Source: Bacteroidaceae bacterium
GTDB taxonomy: Bacteria; Bacillota_I; Bacilli_A; RFN20; CAG-826
NCBI GenBank assembly: GCA_963657885.1
Contig: CAVKNZ010000001.1
Location: 55,203-119,202, forward strand
Length of the DNA stretch: 64,000 nt
Direction of reading: 5' to 3'
A program made the translations under genes and the position numbers. Below are positions 34,201 to 41,968 of the stretch, piece after piece (the stretch's first letter is position 1; the number at the start of each line of letters is the position of its first letter). Below the pieces are notes generated by a model. It ran no database searches and was not told the DNA's origin. It saw nothing but the letters and a program-made list of their open reading frames with translations.

Positions 34201-34218
34201 GAGACTAAAGGAGAATAA
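31210..34218 (+). CDS. Glycoside hydrolase family 3 beta-glucosidase with circularly permuted domain order (alpha/beta sandwich domain, then Fn3-like, then catalytic TIM-barrel domain), N-terminal signal and C-terminal TM anchor
   Basis: 1002 aa. The acid/base-containing GH3 C-domain comes first (VVISRQSGEAQD), then the Fn3-like FGSGLSYTTFSYEF, then the GH3 N-terminal domain with nucleophile motif GTVVTDWMGG (KHFALNE..., SED). C-terminal hydrophobic helix LWIMSVVGINLALFDGILLLTYFAFIRKGK. Confidence 0.8.
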   Translation: MRSLNMKKLGKIICSVSIALLAGVMITADVLSVKYYAFIDEGINGSGVNYSNASSALAKGDAFVKEIMEEGITMLKNTSGKAPYAYDESNPSANRKANVFGWSSVDAGFLISGYGSGISRIPENKRVLFYDGFDKYNDIYPKKKIEYNANLKSFYEDWCKSRAVTESLGGNDKLYTNYNPKVDVYTSDENKVNGKTLLEDAKEFSDNAIVVISRQSGEAQDCPQMYSYVVNEKGGAPTRVERSYLALTDEELDLIDMVKNNFSNVTILLNCTNMVECGAFSDEKIQNVYYIGVTGQSGARAIPSVLTGDVNPSGRITETCVTDHSENPSFYNFGRVSSASTTYVEDIYVGYKFFETADKEGYWDGYTNSDSKKSNGKTGYDGIVEYPFGSGLSYTTFSYEFATDSEEDAISPTKGSSIDLDTKIKINVKVTNTGSVKGKDVVEIYYTAPYTKGGIEKASINLMDFGKTKLLKPGESEILSFELDPYYMASYDCYDKNSNGFKGYELEAGKYEIKLMKNAHTLLLDGNDGVIEYNVDSTIKIDKDGVTDNEVKNRFTGSDAFDGTSIDRDDQTLYLSRSDFKGTIKKETVANYTKAGTVKATRSYTLLPTFNQDNGLYLYTDIDGNKITDSNLLHSPTSDKVKANTELMKELGNDYNNEKWNLLLNQLTYTDATNLIVMGGYSTIEAESVGKIWMRDNDGPMGLTRSNASVTETSQWTWFPMAGLIGNSWNKELAKNYGKTIANEAQVTGVNGWYAPGCNIRRSPFGGRNNEYYSEDPMLSGYMSAYTVKGALSGRLTTYVKHFALNECETNRGGIKTWTTEQALREIYLRSFELTVKVGKTNGIMSAFNSVGGTTARQNGALLTYVLRDEWGFKGTVVTDWMGGAGDAKQGTMSGNNLWLNGSQQNNHNFGSDWMNDVQMANDIRESCKSILYMVCNTQIQTDEVPVIVDVVRNKPLWIMSVVGINLALFDGILLLTYFAFIRKGKEGDSSTNPVEEETKGE

Positions 34219-34219
34219 T

Positions 34220-36142
34220 ATGAAGAATTATTTAAAATTTCCTATTTTAATTGCATCTGTGTTAACTACTTTTAATGCATTATCTCTTGTTAACAGCAAT
34301 AGCAAAGATGCATATAGAACAGATGCATTAAGTTATAAGACACTTCAAACAATTGAAAACAAAGCAGTTATTGAATTTGAAAATGAAAATCATAATTTGC
34401 CTGAAGGTGAATCTGCGAGTGTTTCTTATAGTGGATCAGCAGTAAGTTATAAAAATAATGGACAATACACTAATGCACGTATATTTGCGGCGCGATTTTA
34501 TACTGGAAACTATTCATGCTCCCCTATAAACGAGGAAGAAAAAACAGTATTTTTAAATGGCGAAGAAAGAACTAGAACCGTTAATACTACCGGAGGATAC
34601 GTACTCTATTTTAATGGAGGCTCTAATTCTAAAGTTTCTGTGACTTATTCATCGTCAGAAGAGAGATATGCTGATTTATATGTTCGCGTATCTACTAACA
34701 AAACTTCAAATGTCACTGCTGGTGCCCCGGCTTCGTATTCTTTATCTTTAAAAAATATGATGACAATAAATCTCAATGATGAAGATTTAACTATTAATGA
34801 TAAAGCTACAGTTTTTGGGCGAAAATATCAGGATCATTCGCTTGATGATGAATTAGGATCTAAAAATGGCACGGCTGATAATTTCGCTTTAGAAAAGGGC
34901 GCCGATGGTAATTGGGATACAAAGAACACTGTTTTAAACATGTATGGTCGTTATATACCTCAAGATTGGCAAACTGTATTAGTTGGAAAAGTTTTAATAA
35001 AAAAAGGCAATAATTCGTTTGTCTATTCCGCTATAAATGGCGATTACAGCGGTCAACTTGATTGCATGATTTTAGATTATGATAAATACGACAATAAAGA
35101 TGTTTATGAATTCGAAAACGCAGACGATTTAGGAAACGCTAAGAAAATCGCTAGTTATTCCGATGGCAAAAATGATGCTTTAATTCAAGATTTCGCAACT
35201 TACAACAAAGATTATGCATGCTCAAATCATGACTTTGTTAAATATTCTTACAATGGCAACACAATAACCTTTAATAATGTTAAAAAGAATAATTTTACCA
35301 ACCCTCATTTGGTAATGAGAGTTTCTTCATTGCTTGTAAATCAAGGAACTTATGTAACTACTAGCGTTCAACCAAGTAAATATTTAGAAATCAAAATTAA
35401 TGATAACGCCATAACAATCGATGATAGTTTATATATCGAAGGTCGTAATGACTCTGCAAATAAAGATCCAGATGGTATTTCCCACGGCATACAAGGATCA
35501 TTAAATTGGAGCGATTATTATGATTCTGGTAGGGGACCTCGTTATTTATATTTGATATGGAGAACAATTGATTTTGGTCCTATCACTTTAAATGGTGACG
35601 TTGATGGCGTGGGCTCAAATAAGTTTGAATTTACGACCATTAATGGAGCGGCCAATACTGAATACATTGGCTTTGACTATTTCTCTATTGTAGATGTTGA
35701 AGATGATCGTTACGCTGCAACAGCATTTGCTAATACATATGTCGGTTTATTTGCAAATACATGCAAGCCAGATGGCAACACAAATGTTTCTACATTAAAG
35801 ACAGTTTGGACATCTATGAGAAGCGACTACAATAATTTAACTACTGCATCTCAAACCATTATTTTAAATAGCTCAGCAAGTAGCGTCTCTCTTGATCCTA
35901 TCGAAAGATTATTGGAACGTTATGACTATATCGGTGGTAAATATAACACTCAACTTGTCGATGATGGAAACTGGAACTTCTTTGGACGTACTGTAAGTGC
36001 AACAAGTTCATATCCATTGCCATATATGTCGATGACAAATAACAACTATCTCTTGTTATTGATAATTATTATTGGATCAACGCTATCTATAACTGCGTTT
36101 ATTGTTATCTATAAAAAAAGTAAATATAAAAGACAAAAATAA
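34220..36142 (+). CDS. Secreted, C-terminally membrane-anchored surface protein of unknown function (possible glycan-binding beta-sandwich protein)
   Basis: 640 aa. Signal peptide MKNYLKFPILIASVLTTFNALSLVNS. S/T/N-rich body. C-terminal TM plus basic tail LLLLIIIIGSTLSITAFIVIYKKSKYKRQK. Translationally coupled to neighbours. Confidence 0.4.
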   Translation: MKNYLKFPILIASVLTTFNALSLVNSNSKDAYRTDALSYKTLQTIENKAVIEFENENHNLPEGESASVSYSGSAVSYKNNGQYTNARIFAARFYTGNYSCSPINEEEKTVFLNGEERTRTVNTTGGYVLYFNGGSNSKVSVTYSSSEERYADLYVRVSTNKTSNVTAGAPASYSLSLKNMMTINLNDEDLTINDKATVFGRKYQDHSLDDELGSKNGTADNFALEKGADGNWDTKNTVLNMYGRYIPQDWQTVLVGKVLIKKGNNSFVYSAINGDYSGQLDCMILDYDKYDNKDVYEFENADDLGNAKKIASYSDGKNDALIQDFATYNKDYACSNHDFVKYSYNGNTITFNNVKKNNFTNPHLVMRVSSLLVNQGTYVTTSVQPSKYLEIKINDNAITIDDSLYIEGRNDSANKDPDGISHGIQGSLNWSDYYDSGRGPRYLYLIWRTIDFGPITLNGDVDGVGSNKFEFTTINGAANTEYIGFDYFSIVDVEDDRYAATAFANTYVGLFANTCKPDGNTNVSTLKTVWTSMRSDYNNLTTASQTIILNSSASSVSLDPIERLLERYDYIGGKYNTQLVDDGNWNFFGRTVSATSSYPLPYMSMTNNNYLLLLIIIIGSTLSITAFIVIYKKSKYKRQK

Positions 36143-36145
36143 AAT

Positions 36146-37180
36146 ATGATTCTCCTTTCCTTTGTTGTTCCCTCTTTTAATGCTGAAAAGTATTTAGATA
36201 AAGTTATTCCTTCTCTTTTAGTAGGAGGAAACGATATTGAAATCATCATTGTTAACGATGGTTCTAAAGATAAAACTTTAGAAAAAGCTAATCAGTATAA
36301 AGAGAAATGTCCTGATATTGTTAAAGTCATCGATAAAGAAAATGGGGGACATGGGTCAACCATCAATGAAGCTATAAAAGTAGCTCAAGGTTTGTATTTT
36401 AAATGTGTAGACGCGGATGATTGGTTAGACAAGGATGCGCTTTTAAAATTGTTAGCAAAGATTAAATATCATCACTCTGTAAATAATTTGCCTGATTTAT
36501 ATCTAACTAACTTTGTCTATGAAAATGTTTCATCAAATCAAAGCCATGTTTTTTCATTGATGGATTATTTTCCTAAAGATGAAAGTGTTATTGGTTGGGA
36601 TAAAGTAAAGAATTTTAAGTGCAAAGACTTCTTTATGATGCATAGTCTTGTTTATCGGTTAGATATTCTTAAAAGATGTAAATTGCATCTACTTGAACAT
36701 ACATTTTATGTTGATAACATCTTTGTTTATGAGCCTTTATATTTTGTTAAAAGTATTTGCTATTTAAATATTGATTTATATCGATATTACATTGGTCGAA
36801 TTGATCAATCAGTATCTGTAAGTAGCATGGATAAGAACTACGCACATCAATTCCGCGTCTTTAAAGAAACAATGCTTTATTATTCATTGGATGATTTAAA
36901 GAAACTTAATAAAAACCACTTTAAGCATATGATACATGCACTATTTTCTATATTTGTGTTAACAACTTATTATTCAACGATTGGTGACACAAAAAAGAAA
37001 AGAAAAGAATTAAATGAGTTGCTTATAGAATTCAAAACTAAGAATAAAGATTTATATAGATTTTTAACGAGAAAGACATTGATTGTTCTTTATTATTATC
37101 AACCTTTCTTTATAAAGAAATTTATGGCTAACTTTGTTCATAATTTATTAAACAAAAAGACAGAATGGAACGCCTCATGA
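36146..37180 (+). CDS. Glycosyltransferase family 2 (GT-A fold)
   Basis: 344 aa. LSFVVPSFNAEKYLDKVIPSLLVGGNDIEIIIVNDGSKDKT and the DAD motif (KCVDADDWL) are diagnostic of GT2. Confidence 0.8.
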   Translation: MILLSFVVPSFNAEKYLDKVIPSLLVGGNDIEIIIVNDGSKDKTLEKANQYKEKCPDIVKVIDKENGGHGSTINEAIKVAQGLYFKCVDADDWLDKDALLKLLAKIKYHHSVNNLPDLYLTNFVYENVSSNQSHVFSLMDYFPKDESVIGWDKVKNFKCKDFFMMHSLVYRLDILKRCKLHLLEHTFYVDNIFVYEPLYFVKSICYLNIDLYRYYIGRIDQSVSVSSMDKNYAHQFRVFKETMLYYSLDDLKKLNKNHFKHMIHALFSIFVLTTYYSTIGDTKKKRKELNELLIEFKTKNKDLYRFLTRKTLIVLYYYQPFFIKKFMANFVHNLLNKKTEWNAS

Positions 37181-39621
37181 AACATAAAGAAATAGTTGAT
37201 TCACTAACATTAGAAGAGAAAGCTAGTTTAACAACTGGCAAAAACTTTTGGGAATCAAAAGATATTTTAGAAAAAGGCATTCCTTCTTTATTTTTCTCTG
37301 ATGGACCGCATGGTATTAGAAAGCAAGCCGCGGCCGCTGATCACTTAGGATTAAACGAATCACTTAAGGCAACATGCTTTCCGCCGGCCGCGACGATGGC
37401 CTCTTCTTGGGATATTTCATTAGGCGAAGTAATGGGTAAGGCCTTAGCTCAAGAAGCACTGGCTCAAAAAGTTAATGTTTTGTTAGGACCAGGACTAAAT
37501 ATAAAAAGAAATCCTCGATGTGGACGTAACTTTGAATATTTTAGCGAAGATCCTTGTCTTTCTGGCAAGATGGCTGCCTCTTACGTAAAAGGCATTCAGA
37601 GTTTAGGCATCTCTGCTTGCTTAAAACATTTTGCTTGCAATAACCAAGAAGAAAAAAGAATGACTATAGATACGATTGTCGATGAAAGAGCGTTAAGAGA
37701 AATATATTTAACTGGATTTGAGATAGCCATTAAAGAATCTCATCCAAGAACAATTATGTCTTCTTACAATATGCTTAACGGAGTTCACACGAATGAAAAT
37801 CCTCATCTTATGAAGATTCTTCGCGATGAATGGCAATATGAAGGCGTTCTTGTTACCGATTGGGGCGGAGAAAACGATAGAGTTAAAGGTTTTAATTTAG
37901 GTAACGAAATAGAGATGCCTGGTTCAGGGAAAGATGGTGTCAACGAAATTGTCAATGCTTATAAGGAAGGAAAAATAAGTAAAGAAGTTTTAGATAACAA
38001 CACTGATAGATTGCTTGACTTAATAATTGAGACCTCTAAGCCGTTTAAAGGTGAAAAGAGTTATTCTCCAGAATATGAAGAACATCATAAGCTCGCCATT
38101 AGATGCGCGGAAGAATCAATGGTACTTCTTAAAAATGAAAATAACATCTTACCTCTTAAGAGCGAAACTAAAGTTTGCCTATTAGGTGATTTCGCAGGTA
38201 GAATGCGTTATCAAGGCGCGGGAAGCTCGGTAGTTAACGCTTATAAGTTAGAAACTCCTTTAGAAGTAATTAAGGATTATAACTTAGATTTTATAGGCTA
38301 TGAAAAAGCCTTTCACCGCTTCGGTAGAAAAAGTAAAAAACTCTTAAATAAAGCAGTTAATTTAGCTAAAAAGGCTGACGTTGCTCTTGTATATTTGGGC
38401 CTAGATGAAGCGATAGAAGCCGAAGGATTAGATCGAAATAATATCAAAATTAATGAAAATCAAATTATCTTATTAAAGGCTTTGAAAAAAGAAGGCATAA
38501 AAGTAGTTAGTATTCTTCATGCTGGAAGTGTTGTGGAAATGGGCTGGGCAGATGATTGCGATGCCTTATTAAATGCTTATTTACCTGGACAAGGTGGCGC
38601 ACGCGCTGAACTCAACATCCTTTGTGGCTTAGTCAATCCTAGTGGCAAATTAGCGGAAACCTATCCTTTTAGCTATGAAGACACTCCGACGCATAAATAT
38701 TTCCCGGGAAAAGAGGTAAACACTCAATATCGCGACTCCATTTTTGTTGGATATCGGTACTTCTCTACTATTGGCAAGAAAGTTCGTTTTCCTTTTGGTT
38801 ATGGGCTTTCTTATAGCAATTTCTCTTACAACAGTTTAAACATTACTCCTAAAGGTGTTTCTTTTAAAATCAAAAATATCTCTAATGTTGATGGCAAAGA
38901 AATTGCCCAACTATATATTTCCAAAAAAGAATCAACTGTTTTTAGAGTGAAGATAGAATTGAAAGGCTTTATTAAGGTTTTCCTTAAAGCCGGTGAAGAA
39001 AAAGAAGTATTTATTCCATTTGATGAATATACATTTAGATATTGGAACTTACTTCTAAATAGATGGTCAGTTGAGAAAGGCAGATATGAAATATTAGTGG
39101 CCTCCTCCTCGGAAGATATCCGCCTTTCTTCTGAATACACTATCGAAGGAGAAAATCTAGATAGAGATTCTTTTATAGTTCAAGAAGAGATACCTAACTA
39201 TTTCTTTGGAAAGATTGATGATATATCTACTGATGAATTTGAAAAAATATATCTTTCTAAAGTTCCTTCAGAAAAATACTCTTTTATTAAAAAGAATCGT
39301 TTAGTTGTTCATTACAATACGACGATAAATGAACTTAAATATGCAAAAGGCTTTGCTGGTAGAGCCTTCTCTGCGCTTATTAAATTTGCTATTAAGTTCC
39401 TTCGCATTTTTGGTGATTACAAAACTTCAAACACTCTAATAATGGGTGTATTGCACGCCCCTATGAGAAGTTTAGCGAAGATGACTGGTGGAGCAATAAC
39501 AACTAAACAGTTAGACGGACTAATTATGATGTTTAATGGTCACTTCTTTAAAGGACTTCATTACTTTAATAAAAATAAAGAACGTAAAACGAAAAAAGGG
39601 AAGAAAAATGGAAGAGATTGA
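37165..39621 (+). CDS. Glycoside hydrolase family 3 beta-glucosidase/beta-hexosaminidase, canonical domain order, cytoplasmic (no signal peptide)
   Basis: 818 aa. N-terminal catalytic domain with GVLVTDWGG (nucleophile Asp). C-domain with LGLDEAIEAEGLDR. Fn3-like FGYGLSYSNFSY. Extra basic C-terminal tail of about 120 aa. Alternative start ATG at 37177. Confidence 0.9.
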   Translation: MERLMKHKEIVDSLTLEEKASLTTGKNFWESKDILEKGIPSLFFSDGPHGIRKQAAAADHLGLNESLKATCFPPAATMASSWDISLGEVMGKALAQEALAQKVNVLLGPGLNIKRNPRCGRNFEYFSEDPCLSGKMAASYVKGIQSLGISACLKHFACNNQEEKRMTIDTIVDERALREIYLTGFEIAIKESHPRTIMSSYNMLNGVHTNENPHLMKILRDEWQYEGVLVTDWGGENDRVKGFNLGNEIEMPGSGKDGVNEIVNAYKEGKISKEVLDNNTDRLLDLIIETSKPFKGEKSYSPEYEEHHKLAIRCAEESMVLLKNENNILPLKSETKVCLLGDFAGRMRYQGAGSSVVNAYKLETPLEVIKDYNLDFIGYEKAFHRFGRKSKKLLNKAVNLAKKADVALVYLGLDEAIEAEGLDRNNIKINENQIILLKALKKEGIKVVSILHAGSVVEMGWADDCDALLNAYLPGQGGARAELNILCGLVNPSGKLAETYPFSYEDTPTHKYFPGKEVNTQYRDSIFVGYRYFSTIGKKVRFPFGYGLSYSNFSYNSLNITPKGVSFKIKNISNVDGKEIAQLYISKKESTVFRVKIELKGFIKVFLKAGEEKEVFIPFDEYTFRYWNLLLNRWSVEKGRYEILVASSSEDIRLSSEYTIEGENLDRDSFIVQEEIPNYFFGKIDDISTDEFEKIYLSKVPSEKYSFIKKNRLVVHYNTTINELKYAKGFAGRAFSALIKFAIKFLRIFGDYKTSNTLIMGVLHAPMRSLAKMTGGAITTKQLDGLIMMFNGHFFKGLHYFNKNKERKTKKGKKNGRD

Positions 39622-40648
39622 AATTAAACCTTATTCAAATAATAAGCTTGTTGCATTAGTTCAGCGAATTGCTCGTTGGTGGCTTGCTCATTGGTATTCT
39701 TTTAGCGATAAACATCCAAAATTTGCCAGTCTTTTATATAAAATAAGCTTCTTTTTCATCTTTTCAATGGCGGTTACTTTATGGCAATTTCTCATCATGG
39801 TTTTCTTGCCATATGCCTTTGAAGGTATTTGGAATGTACCATTTTGTTTTCCACGTATTTCATTAGGACTTAAAGATGCTTTAGGTAATGATTTATATTT
39901 TGGGATTTTTAATGAGCCTGCGCAGGTGATGGTTGGCAACACTTTATCGCAAGCTTATACATCTAACGATGTCGATGTTTTATTAGCTCAAGGAGGAGTT
40001 GTTAAAGTTGGCGGACTTGGTAATTTCATTGCTTTTGAAATTGCTGTTTTTACCGCCCAATGCATTAACTTTCCGCTTCAAAGAAACATCACTTATAAAT
40101 CTAAAGGCAACCCTTATTTTCAAGCCTTTATGTATTTTGTCGGGTGGATCTTTGTTTCTTTATTCACTAATGCCTTATGGGGAATAGCTAATCCATTATT
40201 ATTATCTTGGCAAGTAAATGATGTCGTCATCGGTTTATTAAAGACTGTTCTTACCGGCGGTGTATCCATGTTTATTTTCTTCTTTATCTTTTTGCTTATT
40301 TTCCCCGACTTAAATAAAAGTGCGGAGAAAGCAGCGAAAAGATATAAAAAAGCCGAAAATAAAAATGCTGATGAAAAGAAGAAAGCTGAGCTATTTAAAA
40401 AGATGGTGGATGCGACTAATAAAGCTAAGATTGAAAATGCTCGTTTGAAGGCTATTCAATGCGAATCGCTATATAATGGAAAAGCAATTTCTTATCATTC
40501 TTATTTAGAAAAAGCGAAGAATCCAAAGCTTGCTGATGAAGAAGTAAATGAATTAAATGATATTGTTTCCAAGAAATATGAAGAAGCTATTAAAGCTAAA
40601 GAGAATATGCTTTTAGCAAAAAGCGAATATGAAAGAATTAAAAGATAA
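39608..40648 (+). CDS. Hypothetical membrane protein (about 5 TM) with a K/E-rich C-terminal coiled-coil tail
   Basis: Start taken as ATG 39608 (MEEIEIKPYS), overlapping the GH3 stop by 14 nt; the ORF track gives 39536. Hydrophobic core. The last 100 aa, KAAKRYKKAENKNADEKKKAELFKKMVD..., are predicted coiled-coil. Confidence 0.45.
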   Translation: MEEIEIKPYSNNKLVALVQRIARWWLAHWYSFSDKHPKFASLLYKISFFFIFSMAVTLWQFLIMVFLPYAFEGIWNVPFCFPRISLGLKDALGNDLYFGIFNEPAQVMVGNTLSQAYTSNDVDVLLAQGGVVKVGGLGNFIAFEIAVFTAQCINFPLQRNITYKSKGNPYFQAFMYFVGWIFVSLFTNALWGIANPLLLSWQVNDVVIGLLKTVLTGGVSMFIFFFIFLLIFPDLNKSAEKAAKRYKKAENKNADEKKKAELFKKMVDATNKAKIENARLKAIQCESLYNGKAISYHSYLEKAKNPKLADEEVNELNDIVSKKYEEAIKAKENMLLAKSEYERIKR

Positions 40649-41765
40649 TAAATATGATTTCTTAATTGTTGGGGCGGGGCTATTTGGCTCAACTGTCGCT
40701 AATAGACTAACTAGTTTAGGAAAAAAAGTTTTAGTAATTGATAAAAATCCCTTTGTTGGAGGAAATATTTATACTGAACAAATCGAAGGAATTCATGTTC
40801 ATAAATTCGGCGCGCACATTTTTCATACGTCTAATAAAAAAATATGGGATTATGTGAATTCATTTATGGACTTTATTCCTTTTGTTAATTCACCAATTGC
40901 TAATTATAAAGGCGAATTATACAACCTTCCTTTCAATATGAATACGTTCATAAAGATATTTCCTGAAGCTAAATCAATAGATGAAGTTAAGCAATGCATT
41001 GAGCAAGAAAAAAAGAAAGCAAACATAACATCTATCAATAATTTAGAAGATCAAGCCATTTCAATGGTGGGAACTTCTATTTATGAAATATTAATTAAAG
41101 GCTATACCGAAAAGCAATGGGGAAAATCAGCGAAAGATTTGCCTGTATCTATCATTAAAAGAATCCCTTTAAGATTCACATTTGATAACAATTATTTTAA
41201 TGATACTTATCAAGGAATACCGAAAGATGGTTATACAAACTTTATCAAAGCTTTACTTAATGGAAGTGATGTTAAACTTAATGCGAATTTCTTTAAAAAT
41301 GAAGACGAGTATTTAAAGATTGCTAATAATGTTATCTATAGTGGAAGGATTGATGAATTCTTTGATTATAAATTTGGAAAACTAGAATATCGAAGTGTTG
41401 ATTTTAAAACCAGTGTTCTTGATAGAGAAGTTTTTCAAGGTGTCGCGGTGATGAATTTCACTGATAGAGAAACTCCATATACACGCATTATTGAGCACAA
41501 GTTTTTTGATCGCTTTAACAATTCAAAAAAGACAGTTATATCTTATGAATATCCTTCATTAGATAATGAAAATAATAATCCATGTTATCCATTAAATGAT
41601 AAAAAGAACAATGATATTTATTCGCTTTATTTAGCTGAATCTAAAAAGCTTAAAAATGTTTACTTCGGAGGAAGATTAGCATTATATAAATATTTTGATA
41701 TGGATGATGTCATTGAAGAAGCTTTTAAACTTATAGACGAACTAATAAAAAGCAAAGTAGTTTGA
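40629..41765 (+). CDS. glf: UDP-galactopyranose mutase (flavoenzyme; galactofuranose precursor)
   Basis: 378 aa. YDFLIVGAGLFGSTVANRL FAD motif. GGNIYTE ... HVHKFGAHIFHT ... YSGRIDEFFDYKFGKLEYRS are conserved Glf signatures. Confidence 0.9.
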   Translation: MKELKDNKYDFLIVGAGLFGSTVANRLTSLGKKVLVIDKNPFVGGNIYTEQIEGIHVHKFGAHIFHTSNKKIWDYVNSFMDFIPFVNSPIANYKGELYNLPFNMNTFIKIFPEAKSIDEVKQCIEQEKKKANITSINNLEDQAISMVGTSIYEILIKGYTEKQWGKSAKDLPVSIIKRIPLRFTFDNNYFNDTYQGIPKDGYTNFIKALLNGSDVKLNANFFKNEDEYLKIANNVIYSGRIDEFFDYKFGKLEYRSVDFKTSVLDREVFQGVAVMNFTDRETPYTRIIEHKFFDRFNNSKKTVISYEYPSLDNENNNPCYPLNDKKNNDIYSLYLAESKKLKNVYFGGRLALYKYFDMDDVIEEAFKLIDELIKSKVV

Positions 41766-41788
41766 TATTTAAATATTAGTAAATTCTT

Positions 41789-41925
41789 ATTGGTGCATTT
41801 TGGTGCATTTTTTGGTGCAAATAACAGCATTTAATCTTACATCGCAATACAAAAATAACGATAATATCGAAGTAATTTAGCATATATATTTATTGGTGCA
41901 CTTTGGTGCATTTTTTGGTGTAAAT
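41789..41925. repeat. Two copies about 100 bp apart of a 33-34 bp element, each made of three tandem TGGTGCA heptamers spaced 10-13 bp, in the promoter region of the downstream AlbA_2 gene
   Basis: Copy 1 at 41789-41822: TTGGTGCATTTTGGTGCATTTTTTGGTGCAAAT. Copy 2 at 41892-41925: TTGGTGCACTTTGGTGCATTTTTTGGTGTAAAT. Gene ATG at 41969. Confidence 0.7.
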
Positions 41926-41968
41926 TGTTTATTAATATGATAATATAAAGCTGCAGAAAGGAGCATTT

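Noticed and set aside
41892-41925. Sigma-54 (-24/-12) promoter reading of TGGTGCACTTTGGTGCA
   Set aside because: The GG to GC spacing is 13 rather than 12. The element is triplicated and present twice, which fits an operator array better. Low-GC Mollicute-like genomes usually lack rpoN.
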